Shown: positions 40,172-49,326 of the stretch, piece after piece
Layout of the letters: the number at the start of each line of letters is the position of its first letter
Position numbering within the stretch: position 1 is the first letter of the stretch
Assembly (NCBI GenBank): GCA_001443495.1
Contig: LDXR01000017.1
Span: forward strand, 2,384-66,383
Direction of reading: 5' to 3'
From: a candidate division NC10 bacterium CSP1-5
GTDB taxonomy: Bacteria; Methylomirabilota; Methylomirabilia; Methylomirabilales; CSP1-5
Length of the DNA stretch: 64,000 nt
The notes under the pieces: generated by a model
Seen by the model: the letters and a program-made list of their open reading frames with translations, nothing else
What the model was told of the DNA's origin: nothing
Databases searched by the model: none
Program-made: the position numbers and the translations under genes

Positions 40172-40201
40172 GGTTCAGAGTTGAACTATGAACCCTGAAC
40201 G
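40172..40201. repeat. heptamer array locus E (short: GGTTCAG .. TTGAACT ATGAACC CTGAACG)
   Basis: GTTCA-GAGT-TGAAC mini-hairpin, then two TGAAC units. The oxidoreductase ATG at 40188 begins the ATGAACC unit. Confidence 0.85.
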
Positions 40202-41135
40202 AAAGATACGGGTGGCGGTCATCGGGGTGGGGCATGTGGGTCAGCACCACGCCCGGATCTACCGGGAACTCCCTGGAGCCGAGCTGGTCGGCGTCGTCGA
40301 CATCGATCGCGCTAAGCTCCAGGAGTTGAGCGAATCCCTGGGCGTGGCCGCATGTGAGGATTACCGGGATATGTTCGGCCGGGTGGACGCCGTCAGCGTC
40401 GCCGTCCCCACGGTTCTCCACGCCCCTATCGCCCGCGACTGTCTGGAGCGCGGCCTTGACGTCCTCGTCGAAAAGCCCCTGGCCGAAACCTTGGAAGAGG
40501 CGGAGGAACTCACGGATCTGGCCAGGCGACGGGGACGGATTCTCCAGGTGGGCCATGTGGAGCGGTTTAACGGGGCGGTCCGCGCTCTTCAACGGATGGT
40601 CAAGGCGCCGGGTTTCATTGAGTGTCATCGCCTCAGTCCCTTCCCGCAGCGTAGCACCGATGTGGACGTGATCCTCGATCTCATGATCCACGATATCGAC
40701 ATCATCCTCAGCCTGGTGAAGTCTCCGGTCACCCAGGTGCGCGCGGTCGGGGTGCCGGTCCTGACCGATCGCGTGGACATTGCCAATGCCAGGATTGAGT
40801 TCGCGTCAGGATGTGTGGCCAACGTGACCGCCAGCCGGGTGAGCGTTGAACGCGTCCGCAAGATCCGCGTCTTTCAGCCGGACACGTATATCTCCCTCGA
40901 CTATGCGAGTCAAGAGATCAGCCTCTACCGTCGCCTGCCGGGAAACCCTACGTTTCATCCCCCCCAGCCTCCCCGGATCGTCAGGGAGGAGGTGGTCGTC
41001 GAGAAAGAAGAACCCCTCCGCCTACAGCTCGCGAGCTACCTCAGGTCGGTCCGGGAGCGGACGCGGCCAGAGGTCTCGGGGGAAGAGGCGGTAGAGGCTC
41101 TCCGGGCCGCGTCCCAGATCCTGGCCAAAATTTGA
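40188..41135 (+). CDS. Gfo/Idh/MocA family NAD(P)-dependent oxidoreductase
   Basis: Rossmann N-terminus VAVIGVGHVGQHHARIY and the family motif LVEKPLAETLEEA. The start codon lies inside the heptamer array. Confidence 0.85.
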   Translation: MNPERKIRVAVIGVGHVGQHHARIYRELPGAELVGVVDIDRAKLQELSESLGVAACEDYRDMFGRVDAVSVAVPTVLHAPIARDCLERGLDVLVEKPLAETLEEAEELTDLARRRGRILQVGHVERFNGAVRALQRMVKAPGFIECHRLSPFPQRSTDVDVILDLMIHDIDIILSLVKSPVTQVRAVGVPVLTDRVDIANARIEFASGCVANVTASRVSVERVRKIRVFQPDTYISLDYASQEISLYRRLPGNPTFHPPQPPRIVREEVVVEKEEPLRLQLASYLRSVRERTRPEVSGEEAVEALRAASQILAKI

Positions 41136-41137
41136 CA

Positions 41138-42295
41138 ATGAATAAGAAAATATTCATCGTGGCCGGGGAGGCCTCCGGAGACCTCCACGCCGCCGATCTC
41201 GCGCGGGCCCTCCTCTCCCTCGACCCGGAGGTCACCCTCTTGGGGATGGGGGGGGAACAGATGCGGCGGGCTGGTGTCACCCTTCACGTCGATGCCGGCG
41301 AGTTGGCCGCCGTCGGGATCACCGAAGCACTCTCGGGCATTGTGGCGGTCCTGCGCGCCTTGGCACGGCTCCGGTCGGCCCTCGACGCGGAAAATCCCGC
41401 CCTCCTCCTCCTGATCGACTTCCCCGATTTCAATTTTTGGTTGGCGCGGGCTTCCCGACGGAGGGGGATTCCGGTGCTGTACTATATCAGCCCGCAGGTC
41501 TGGGCCTGGCGCAAAGGGAGGATCCGGACGCTGAAGCGGCTGGTGAAAAAGATGCTGGTCATCTTCTCCTTTGAGGAGGTCCTGTATCGCCAGGCGGGGG
41601 TTCCCGTCACTTTTGTCGGCCACCCCATGCTGGACCGTCTGCGAGACATTCCGAGTCGAGAAGAGGCTCGTCGCCGCATGGGGTATGATCCTTCGGATCG
41701 GATCATTGGCCTCCTCCCGGGGAGCCGTGAGGGAGAGGTCCGACACCACCTCCCGGTTCTCAAAGCGGCCGCTGCCCAGATTGTTCAAGCTGAGCCCCCG
41801 GTCCGGTTTCTTCTGGGTGTGGCCGATTCACTCCCCCCGCGACTGGTCGAGACGCTCCTTCAGGGGAGTGATTTACCGATTCGACTGCTCCGAGGCCAGA
41901 CGTACGAGATCATGCGAGCGGCAGACCTGGTGATCGCGGCATCGGGAACGGCGACACTCGAGGCAGGGCTTCTCGGGACCCCCATGGTCATCATCTATCG
42001 GGTCTCCCGTCTCACTTGGTGGGTGGGCAGGCTCTTGGTGGATGTTCCCGCCGTAGGGATGGTAAACTTAGTTGCAGGAAGGCGCGTGGTACCCGAGCTG
42101 CTGCAGTGGGACTGTACCCCTGAGCGGGTGGCCAAGATCGCCCTGGAGCTCTTGCAGAGCCCTGAGGCCCTTGGGTCGATCCGTGAGGAGCTCCAGAAGA
42201 TTCGGAGAAAGCTCGGAGAGGAGGGGGCCTCTCTTCGCGCAGCCCGGGAGGTCCTCAAGACGCTGTATGAGGTGGAGGCCAGGAGTCGGAGGTGA
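41138..42295 (+). CDS. lpxB: lipid-A-disaccharide synthase
   Basis: ATG 41138. KIFIVAGEASGDLHAADLARAL..YISPQVWAWRKGRI. Confidence 0.9.
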   Translation: MNKKIFIVAGEASGDLHAADLARALLSLDPEVTLLGMGGEQMRRAGVTLHVDAGELAAVGITEALSGIVAVLRALARLRSALDAENPALLLLIDFPDFNFWLARASRRRGIPVLYYISPQVWAWRKGRIRTLKRLVKKMLVIFSFEEVLYRQAGVPVTFVGHPMLDRLRDIPSREEARRRMGYDPSDRIIGLLPGSREGEVRHHLPVLKAAAAQIVQAEPPVRFLLGVADSLPPRLVETLLQGSDLPIRLLRGQTYEIMRAADLVIAASGTATLEAGLLGTPMVIIYRVSRLTWWVGRLLVDVPAVGMVNLVAGRRVVPELLQWDCTPERVAKIALELLQSPEALGSIREELQKIRRKLGEEGASLRAAREVLKTLYEVEARSRR

Positions 42296-43023
42296 AGCGA
42301 GCCTGGAAGGGTCTTCGGACCAATCCGGTTGTCATCGCCGTCCTCACCCGGCTGGTGGTGTTCCTGCTCGGGGGTCTCTTCCGGTCCCTGCGAATGAGCT
42401 ATGTGGGGCGCGAGGTGCTCGACGAAATTATCCGCGCCGAGGGGAGACGGGTCATGGCAACTTTCTGGCATGGCCGGCTCCTCATGATGCCCTTTGCGTA
42501 TCGTGAAGGTCCGTGGGCAATTATGGTGAGTCGACACCCGGATGCGGAGGTTATCAGCCGGGTGGCAGAGCGATTCGGCATTCAACCGGTACGGGGTTCG
42601 GCCCGCCGAGGCGGTGCCCGGGCCCTTCGCGGGATGGTGCGAGCCTCCCGAAGAGGGTATCATCTGGCGATCACCCCAGATGGGCCTCTCGGCCCGAGGG
42701 AGCAGGTGAAGACCGGAACGATCGAGCTCGCCCGGCTGGCTGGGACCCCGATCATTCCGATGGCCTTTGCCGCGTCGCACGGAAGGTTCGAGCGCAGTTG
42801 GGACCGGCTTCTGATCCCGTATCCCTTTGGCCGGGGGGTGTTTGTGTACGGAGAACCGGTCGTGGTTTCTCCGACGGCCGGCCCCGAGGAGGTGGAGAAG
42901 GCGCGCGCCGTCCTCGAGGAGGGTCTTCGTCAGGTGACGGCGGTGGCTGATGCGTACTTCAAAGAATCAGCAGTCGGCCATCAGCCATCAGCCGTCGGCG
43001 CAAGATCCGAGAGGAGCCTTTGA
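42292..43023 (+). CDS. DUF374 / lysophospholipid acyltransferase-like protein
   Basis: GTGA overlap with lpxB. ATFWHGRLLMMP..HPDAEVISRVAERFG..PDGPLGPRE. The last ~19 codons are encoded by the heptamer array. Confidence 0.8.
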   Translation: MKRAWKGLRTNPVVIAVLTRLVVFLLGGLFRSLRMSYVGREVLDEIIRAEGRRVMATFWHGRLLMMPFAYREGPWAIMVSRHPDAEVISRVAERFGIQPVRGSARRGGARALRGMVRASRRGYHLAITPDGPLGPREQVKTGTIELARLAGTPIIPMAFAASHGRFERSWDRLLIPYPFGRGVFVYGEPVVVSPTAGPEEVEKARAVLEEGLRQVTAVADAYFKESAVGHQPSAVGARSERSL

Positions 43024-43045
43024 TGCTGACTGCTGATCGCTGAAA
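42966..43045. repeat. heptamer array locus F (ATCAGCC/GTCGGCC left arm, GCTGAYN right arm, inverted)
   Basis: Left arm: ATCAGCA GTCGGCC ATCAGCC ATCAGCC GTCGGCG (42966-43000). Core contains GAGAGGAG. Right arm: GCTGACT GCTGATC GCTGAAA (43025-43045). The direct repeat ATCCGAGAG occurs at 43005-43013 and 43045-43053. Confidence 0.9.
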
Positions 43046-43061
43046 TCCGAGAGTGGATCTC

Positions 43062-44333
43062 ATGAGGGCCCTGTACAGCATCGGTCTCTTCCTGGCGTTG
43101 CTCACCCATCTGCCTCGCATTCTCCGCCGAGGTGGCCGGCGCGGTCCGTTCGGGCTAGCGGAGCGGTTAGGCCGATACCCTGAATCGCTCACCATCAGGC
43201 TTCGAGAGAAACGCCCGCTCTGGCTCCATGCGGTTTCGGTGGGGGAAGCGGTGGTGGGAGGCATTCTACTTTCACGACTGCGCGCGAGGCGGTCGGGACT
43301 GCCCTTCCTCGTCTCAACGGTCACCGCCACGGGACGGGAGGTGGCTCGAGAGCGAATCCCCCAAGCGGAGGCGCACATCTACTTTCCTCTGGACTTTCCC
43401 GGACCCGTGGCCCGCGCCCTGACGGCCGTCAAGCCCAGGCTCGTCCTCCTGACGGAGGGCGAGATATGGCCAAACTTTCTTGAGGCCTGCCACCTCCGAG
43501 ACGTGCCGGTCCTCCTGGTGAACGGCCGGGTCTCAGATCGGTCTTTCCGGCGCTGCCAGCTTGTCACGCCGCTCTACCGGCGGGTGCTCAAGCGCATCGC
43601 GCTCTTCTGCATGCAGGGCGAGGGGGATGCACGCCGCATTTTGACGTTGGGGGCCGATCCGGAGCGCGTGGTCGTCACGGGCAACATCAAGTATGATGAC
43701 GAGGAGGCGAATGACCAGTTTCCCGCGCGTCTTGCCCCTGTCGCGCGTCTCGTGGACGGTCGGCCGGTCTGGGTGGCCGGGAGTACCCATCGGGGAGAGG
43801 AGGGCCCTGTCCTCCAGGCCTTTCACGAGATCAAGACAGCGGTCCCCGGTTCGATCCTGGTCCTTGCCCCGCGCCACCCGGAGCGGATTCCCGAGGTCGA
43901 GATGCTCCTCCGGGAGGCAGGCCTTCCCTTCGTTCGCCGGAGCGCGCTTACCGGAGGCGCTGCCGAGCTTCCGTCAGTCGTCCTGGTCGATACCATGGGA
44001 GAGTTGAGTCACCTCTATGCCCTGGCCACGGTGGCTTTCGTGGGCGGCAGCCTGGTCCCGGTGGGCGGGCATAACATCCTGGAACCCGCCCGATATCGGC
44101 GGCCGATCCTGTTTGGGCCGCACATGGACAACTTTGGCGAGGTGGCTGAGGCCTTCCTCGGTGAGGGAACGCCTCACCAGGTTCGTGATGCCCCCGAGCT
44201 GGCGGCACGGGTCCTCAACCTCTTCCGCGACCCTGCTGCGGCACACCGGATGGGGGAGGCCGCCTATCGGGTACTGACCCGCAACCGGGGGGCGGCCGAG
44301 CGGACCGTCACGCTGATCGAGCGGTATCTGTGA
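43062..44333 (+). CDS. waaA: 3-deoxy-D-manno-octulosonic acid transferase
   Basis: ATG 43062 lies 5 nt after GAGAGTGG (an alternative GTG is at 43053). LWLHAVSVGEAVVGGILLSRL..GGSLVPVGGHNILEPA. Confidence 0.9.
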   Translation: MRALYSIGLFLALLTHLPRILRRGGRRGPFGLAERLGRYPESLTIRLREKRPLWLHAVSVGEAVVGGILLSRLRARRSGLPFLVSTVTATGREVARERIPQAEAHIYFPLDFPGPVARALTAVKPRLVLLTEGEIWPNFLEACHLRDVPVLLVNGRVSDRSFRRCQLVTPLYRRVLKRIALFCMQGEGDARRILTLGADPERVVVTGNIKYDDEEANDQFPARLAPVARLVDGRPVWVAGSTHRGEEGPVLQAFHEIKTAVPGSILVLAPRHPERIPEVEMLLREAGLPFVRRSALTGGAAELPSVVLVDTMGELSHLYALATVAFVGGSLVPVGGHNILEPARYRRPILFGPHMDNFGEVAEAFLGEGTPHQVRDAPELAARVLNLFRDPAAAHRMGEAAYRVLTRNRGAAERTVTLIERYL

Positions 44334-45421
44334 ATCCGAATATTCACCGACACTATCGCCAGTGGGTCGCCGGTCACGGTCGGCGGGGCCGCCCGGTGCG
44401 CGCTCTCCTGCGTGTGGCGTCCTGGGCCTACGGCCTGGGTGTCGGGTGGCGTCGCGGCCTGTACGGCGTCGGTCTGCTCAGACGGGTCCGCCCGCCCGTA
44501 CCGGTTATCAGCATCGGCAATATCACCGCCGGAGGGACCGGGAAGACCCCCTTGACGATCCACCTCGGGCAGGAGCTCCGGGACCGGGGACTTCGAGCGG
44601 CGGTAGTGACGAGGGGCTACGGGGGGACGAGGGAGGGGAGGACGGTCGTTGTCTCGGACGGCCAGACCGTGAGAGCGGGCTATCCCGATGTCGGGGATGA
44701 GGCACTCCTTCTCGCGCGGAAGTTGCCCGGGGTTGTCGTCCTCATGTCCGCTGATCGGGTCAAGGGGTGCCGGGTGGCCGTTCGCGAGTTCGGCGCTCAG
44801 GTGATCCTCTTGGATGACGGCTTCCAACATCTTCGGGTCGCGCGGGACCTGGACATCGTTCTTCTGGATAGAGAAAATCCTTTCGGATACGGTTATCTCC
44901 TTCCTCGGGGACTCCTCCGGGAGCCCGTACGTGCCATACGACGGGCAGATCTCCTGGTGATGACCGGGGTGGGCGACCCTGGGGAGCCCACGGACGCGCT
45001 CTCTCACTCCCGCGACATCACGCGGGTGCCTATCCTCCATGCGGTCTACACCCCGACGGTCTTCACCGATGTCATGAGCGGTCAGACGGTCGCCGAGGAA
45101 GACCTCCGCGGTCAAAGATTCGTCGCCTTCTCCGGGATCGCGAACCCGTCGGCCTTCGACCGGACGCTCGCGTCCCTCGGGAAGGTACCGAAGCGTCATC
45201 TCATCTATCCCGACCATCACCCGTACAGCGCGGCGGACATCGCCACGATCGCAGAGTGCATGAAGGAGGTTGGGGCGACGGTCGCCCTGACGACTGAGAA
45301 GGATGCGGTTCGCATTGAAAAACTCCCGGTCCCATTTCCCGTTCTTGCAGTTGGGGTGAGCCTCACCCTTACGAGCGGCCAGCCGGAGCTGAAGCGTTTC
45401 CTGGACACCCTGTTTCCGTAG
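44330..45421 (+). CDS. lpxK: tetraacyldisaccharide 4'-kinase
   Basis: GTGA overlap with waaA. P-loop ISIGNITAGGTGKTPLT. Confidence 0.9.
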   Translation: MNPNIHRHYRQWVAGHGRRGRPVRALLRVASWAYGLGVGWRRGLYGVGLLRRVRPPVPVISIGNITAGGTGKTPLTIHLGQELRDRGLRAAVVTRGYGGTREGRTVVVSDGQTVRAGYPDVGDEALLLARKLPGVVVLMSADRVKGCRVAVREFGAQVILLDDGFQHLRVARDLDIVLLDRENPFGYGYLLPRGLLREPVRAIRRADLLVMTGVGDPGEPTDALSHSRDITRVPILHAVYTPTVFTDVMSGQTVAEEDLRGQRFVAFSGIANPSAFDRTLASLGKVPKRHLIYPDHHPYSAADIATIAECMKEVGATVALTTEKDAVRIEKLPVPFPVLAVGVSLTLTSGQPELKRFLDTLFP

Positions 45422-45442
45422 CGGAATGGGCGAGAGGCGGCG

Positions 45443-46522
45443 ATGAGGGTGATCGAGCGGACGGGGGTCGATCCAGCCGGGGTTCGCCGGATCCTGATCC
45501 GGGGAGTGAACTGGGTCGGCGACGCGGTGATGACCACGCCTGCCATCGCCGGCATCCGCAAGACCTTCCCTCGCGCGCAGATCTCTCTCCTCGTGAAGCC
45601 GTGGGTTGCCGGGGTCTTTGCGGGGAACCCACACATCGACGAGATACTCATCTACGACGGGGAAGGCCGTCACAGGGGCGTAACAGGACTCCTCCAGCTG
45701 GCCCGAGAGCTTCGGGAGTCCCGGTTCGAACTGGCCATCCTGCTTCAGAACGCCTTTGAAGCGGCCCTCCTTGCCTTCCTAGCCAGAATCCCCCACCGAA
45801 TTGGCTACAACACCCAGGGGAGGGGTCTGCTCCTGACCACGGCGGTGGCTCAGGATCGATCGACGAGAAAGCTTCATTACGCCGACTACTACCTGGCTCT
45901 CCTTGGCGCGCTCGGGTGGGCACAGGAAAAGCGCGAGCCGTCCCTATTTCTCAGCAGCCAAACGGAGGAGCGGGCCGAGGCCTTGCTCGCGGAGGAGGGG
46001 GTGGGGCCGCAGGACACCCTTGTGGCCTTCAATCCCGGCTCGATCTATGGCTCGGCCAGGCGCTGGCCCGAGGAGCGGTTCGCAGCGCTGGCCGATCGCC
46101 TGGTCGAGGACCTCGGGGTAAAGGTACTTCTTACCGGGGCGAAAGTCGACGGGGCGGTGGCGAGGGCGGTTCGGTCGTATGCCCGCTATCCACAGCATGT
46201 GATTGACCTGATCGGCCGAACGGACATTCAGCTTCTGGCGGCGGTGCTGAGACGCTGCGCTGTCTTTGTGACTATCGATACAGGGTCGATGCACATCGGC
46301 GCAGCCGTGGGCGTTCCGCTGGTGGCGATCTTTGGACCGACCAATGAGAAGACCGCCTTTCCGCTGGGAAGGCACGTGCTCCTCAGGCATCCGGTCCCAT
46401 GCAGCCCCTGCCTTCTGAGAGAATGCCCGATTGACCACCGGTGCATGACTGGGATTTCAGTGGATCAGGTTTTATCCTCTGTAATAGGTGTTTATGACTT
46501 TAATGATAAAGTTGTACATTAA
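45443..46522 (+). CDS. waaF: glycosyltransferase family 9 (ADP-heptose:LPS heptosyltransferase, WaaF-like)
   Basis: ILIRGVNWVGDAVMTTPAIAGIRKTFP..FVTIDTGSMHIGAAVGVPLVAIFGPT. The last ~16 codons are unusually AT-rich. Confidence 0.85.
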   Translation: MRVIERTGVDPAGVRRILIRGVNWVGDAVMTTPAIAGIRKTFPRAQISLLVKPWVAGVFAGNPHIDEILIYDGEGRHRGVTGLLQLARELRESRFELAILLQNAFEAALLAFLARIPHRIGYNTQGRGLLLTTAVAQDRSTRKLHYADYYLALLGALGWAQEKREPSLFLSSQTEERAEALLAEEGVGPQDTLVAFNPGSIYGSARRWPEERFAALADRLVEDLGVKVLLTGAKVDGAVARAVRSYARYPQHVIDLIGRTDIQLLAAVLRRCAVFVTIDTGSMHIGAAVGVPLVAIFGPTNEKTAFPLGRHVLLRHPVPCSPCLLRECPIDHRCMTGISVDQVLSSVIGVYDFNDKVVH

Positions 46523-46535
46523 GTTGTGACACCAA

Positions 46536-47105
46536 ATGATAAGGGGCTCGCCGGCAGTCTTTCTCGATCGAGACGGGACCATCAACGAGGACTCAGGGTA
46601 TCTGGCTGATCCTTCGGGCCTCCGACTTTTGTCGGGGGCCGGGCTGGGGCTCCGGCTGCTTCAGGAGGGGGGCTTTCGGCTGGTGGTGGTGAGCAACCAA
46701 TCGGGGATCGCCCGGGGGTATTTGACGGAAGCAAGGCTTGCCGAGATCCACCAAAGGCTCGAGAGCCTGCTTGGGACAGAGGGGGTCACGTTGAGCGGCG
46801 TATATTACTGCCCCCACCACCCGGAGGGGGCTCCCCCGTTTCGACAGGTGTGTCATTGTCGCAAGCCTCAGGGGGGATTGGTGGAGCGCGCGGCGCGGGA
46901 GCACAAAATTGACTTGAGCCGCTCGTATGTCGTCGGAGACCAGCTCGTCGATATCGAGCTGGCGCGGCAGTCGGGGATGACGGCCATCCTCGTGCTTACC
47001 GGGCAGGGGAGGCTCGCGTTAGAGTCGGGAACCGTTGAGGCGGATCATGTCGCCACCGATCTCGCGGCCGCGGCCCGTTGGATTCTCGGGAGGCACGTCG
47101 GATGA
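46536..47105 (+). CDS. gmhB: D-glycero-D-manno-heptose 1,7-bisphosphate phosphatase
   Basis: HAD motifs VFLDRDGTIN and VVVSNQSGIARG. Zn-binding pattern CPHHP..CHCRKP. Confidence 0.85.
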   Translation: MIRGSPAVFLDRDGTINEDSGYLADPSGLRLLSGAGLGLRLLQEGGFRLVVVSNQSGIARGYLTEARLAEIHQRLESLLGTEGVTLSGVYYCPHHPEGAPPFRQVCHCRKPQGGLVERAAREHKIDLSRSYVVGDQLVDIELARQSGMTAILVLTGQGRLALESGTVEADHVATDLAAAARWILGRHVG

Positions 47106-47135
47106 GCCAACAGGATATCCGGGCGCTGCGAAGAA

Positions 47136-47231
47136 GGTTCACGGTTCAGGGTTCATAGTTCATAGACGGAGATGGGAGAGGAATGGTTGGTCCGCCATTG
47201 ACCATGAACCACCAACCATGAACCCCGAACG
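47136..47231. repeat. heptamer array locus G (GGTTCAN x4, inverted ATGAACC-type x4)
   Basis: Left arm: GGTTCAC GGTTCAG GGTTCAT AGTTCAT (47136-47163). Core contains GGGAGAGGA. Right arm: ATGAACC ACCAACC ATGAACC CCGAACG (47204-47231). The Memo-like GTG is 9 nt downstream. Confidence 0.9.
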
Positions 47232-47240
47232 AGGGTTGAA

Positions 47241-48044
47241 GTGGTACGCCGACCGGCGGTCGCAGATCTCTTCTACGCGGGAAACGCCAAGGCGCTCCAC
47301 CCTCAGGTTGAGGATTTGCTCCCTCGAGGGGAAGAGAGGACCGCGGCGATGGGCGTGGTAGTCCCCCATGCTGGATATATCTATTCGGGTGCGGTGGCCG
47401 GGGCAGTCTACGCCCGGCTGGACCCTCCCGAGTCGTGTGTCGTCCTGGGCCCAAACCATACGGGTCTCGGGGCCGCTGCCGCCATTATGACCTCTGGGAC
47501 CTGGGAGACGCCTTTGGGGGAAGTGACGATCGATACCGAGCTGGCCCGGGCCATCCTCGATCGATCCCGGGTGCTCGAGGAAGACGATCGGGCCCATCGG
47601 AAGGAGCACGCGATCGAGGTCCAACTGCCGTTCCTCCAGATTCTGTTCCCCGATCTGTCGTTTGTGCCTATTTCCTTGATGAGTCATGAATACGGGGCGT
47701 GCCGCGATGTCGGACAAGCCCTCGCCGAGGCCATCCAGGCTTCGGGAAAGCAGGTGCTGCTCATTGCCAGCACCGATATGAGCCACTACATCTCCCGGGA
47801 GCTGGCCGAGCGAAAGGATCGGATGGCTATCGACGCGATACTGGATCTGGACCCGGAGCGGCTCCACGCCACTGTGCTGCGGGAACGGATCAGCATGTGC
47901 GGTTTTCACCCGACCACCGCCATGCTGGTCGCCGCGAAGACACTCGGGGCGTCCCGGGGCGAGTTGGTCCGCTACGCCACCTCCGGCGACGTCACCAAGG
48001 ATCATGCCTCCGTCGTCGGCTATGCCGGCCTGATTATTCGGTAG
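47241..48044 (+). CDS. Memo-like protein (AmmeMemoRadiSam system protein B family)
   Basis: GTG 47241. RRPAVADLFYAGN..GVVVPHAGYIYSGAVAG..EHAIEVQLPFLQ. Confidence 0.85.
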   Translation: MVRRPAVADLFYAGNAKALHPQVEDLLPRGEERTAAMGVVVPHAGYIYSGAVAGAVYARLDPPESCVVLGPNHTGLGAAAAIMTSGTWETPLGEVTIDTELARAILDRSRVLEEDDRAHRKEHAIEVQLPFLQILFPDLSFVPISLMSHEYGACRDVGQALAEAIQASGKQVLLIASTDMSHYISRELAERKDRMAIDAILDLDPERLHATVLRERISMCGFHPTTAMLVAAKTLGASRGELVRYATSGDVTKDHASVVGYAGLIIR

Positions 48045-48114
48045 GGACACGCTGGCGAGGCCGCGGCCATCGGACTCCAATAATACAAGTCAAGGTTTGG
48101 TTGACGTGCGCGGA

Positions 48115-48762
48115 TCACTGACGCGGCGTGGAGTGGGGGTCAGATTTTGTCGTGAGGTACATGACGAGGATGTACAGGGCCGCCAGGACGAGCACCAGCC
48201 CGGCGATCCAATGGAACCGCGAGACCAGAACATTGACCATCTCGGAGGGATTATCGAGGAGCTGCGGCCGGTCCCCGATGACCTGGGCGCCGAACCAGGC
48301 CAGGATGCCGCACCAGATGGCCGACCCGATAATGGTCATGACGCTATAGACCGTGAAGTTCATCCGGACCAGCCCGGCCGGTATGCCGATCAGATGCCGA
48401 ACCACAGGGAGCAGTCGGGCAAAGAACACGCTGCCGGCCTCGTACCGGGCCAGCCAGCGTTCGGCGCGGAGCAACTTCGCCTCAGCAACGAAAAAGTACC
48501 TGCCATACCGGATCACGAGCGGCCGTCCCACCCAGCGGGCGACCCAATAGGTCGCCGCGGCGCCAAGGTAGCTCCCCACCGTCCCGGCCAGTACTACCCC
48601 CCAAAGGCTGTACCGTCCCTGCTCGGCCCAGTAGGCAGCCGGAGGGATCACCAGCTCACTGGGGACCGGGAAGATAGAGCTCTCCATGGCCATCAAAAGA
48701 ATGATCCCCGGATAGCCCCAGTCGTGGACCCACTGAAACCAGATCACGATCAACGCATGCAT
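48115..48762 (-). CDS. DedA family membrane protein
   Basis: ATG at 48762. GYPGIILLMAMESSIFPVPSELVIPPAAY..FFARLLPVVRHLIGIPAG. The track ORF extends 114 codons further upstream without support. Confidence 0.85.
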   Translation of the reverse strand: MHALIVIWFQWVHDWGYPGIILLMAMESSIFPVPSELVIPPAAYWAEQGRYSLWGVVLAGTVGSYLGAAATYWVARWVGRPLVIRYGRYFFVAEAKLLRAERWLARYEAGSVFFARLLPVVRHLIGIPAGLVRMNFTVYSVMTIIGSAIWCGILAWFGAQVIGDRPQLLDNPSEMVNVLVSRFHWIAGLVLVLAALYILVMYLTTKSDPHSTPRQ

Positions 48763-48942
48763 GAACCGTGAATCTACCTCACCCCGCCGATCTGCGCAAG
48801 CCAAGTCACAGAAGGGCCGCACCTCGAAGATCCATTGAAAGTGCCTCGTCGTTTCCTTATGATTGAGGGACCTGAGCCCGAACAAAGTGGGGACGTGATT
48901 CTTGTGCCGTGCGTTGTTCACACATAGCAAAGGAGGTGTGAA

Positions 48943-49263
48943 ATGGCCACGAGGAAGCCAGTGAGGCCGAAAAGGACGAGCGCGAGTAAGGCCCGAAGAC
49001 GTGCGGGTACGAAGGGGGCGAAGGCGGCCAGGAAGCCTGCCAAGCGACCGGCAGCCAAGCCTGCTAAATGGTATGCGTATTGCGTCATCAAGCAGCCGCC
49101 CCATGATTACAGCCCCATCTACGGATACTTACCGTGGTCCGGGCCACATCGGGCATCGCGCGCTCTGGCGGACGCTGATGCAAGAGCCCACAATGCGAAT
49201 CCAGGACACCAGGCCCTTGTGCTCCAGGCCAAAACAAAGGCGACAGCGAGGAAAAGGAGCTAA
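48943..49263 (+). CDS. small basic protein with a histone-H1-like K/R/A/P-rich N-terminal tail (106 aa)
   Basis: Strong RBS AAAGGAGG 7 nt upstream. N-terminal 43 aa KPVRPKRTSASKARRRAGTKGAKAARKPAKRPAAKPAK. The C-terminal ~60 aa are non-repetitive (WYAYCVIKQPPHDYSPIYGYLPWSGPH). Confidence 0.5.
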   Translation: MATRKPVRPKRTSASKARRRAGTKGAKAARKPAKRPAAKPAKWYAYCVIKQPPHDYSPIYGYLPWSGPHRASRALADADARAHNANPGHQALVLQAKTKATARKRS

Positions 49264-49326
49264 CCGGAGAATGATGCGAGGAGCTGCAAATGAGGCAACC
49301 CGTGGACAAGAGAGAGGGGAGGGCTG

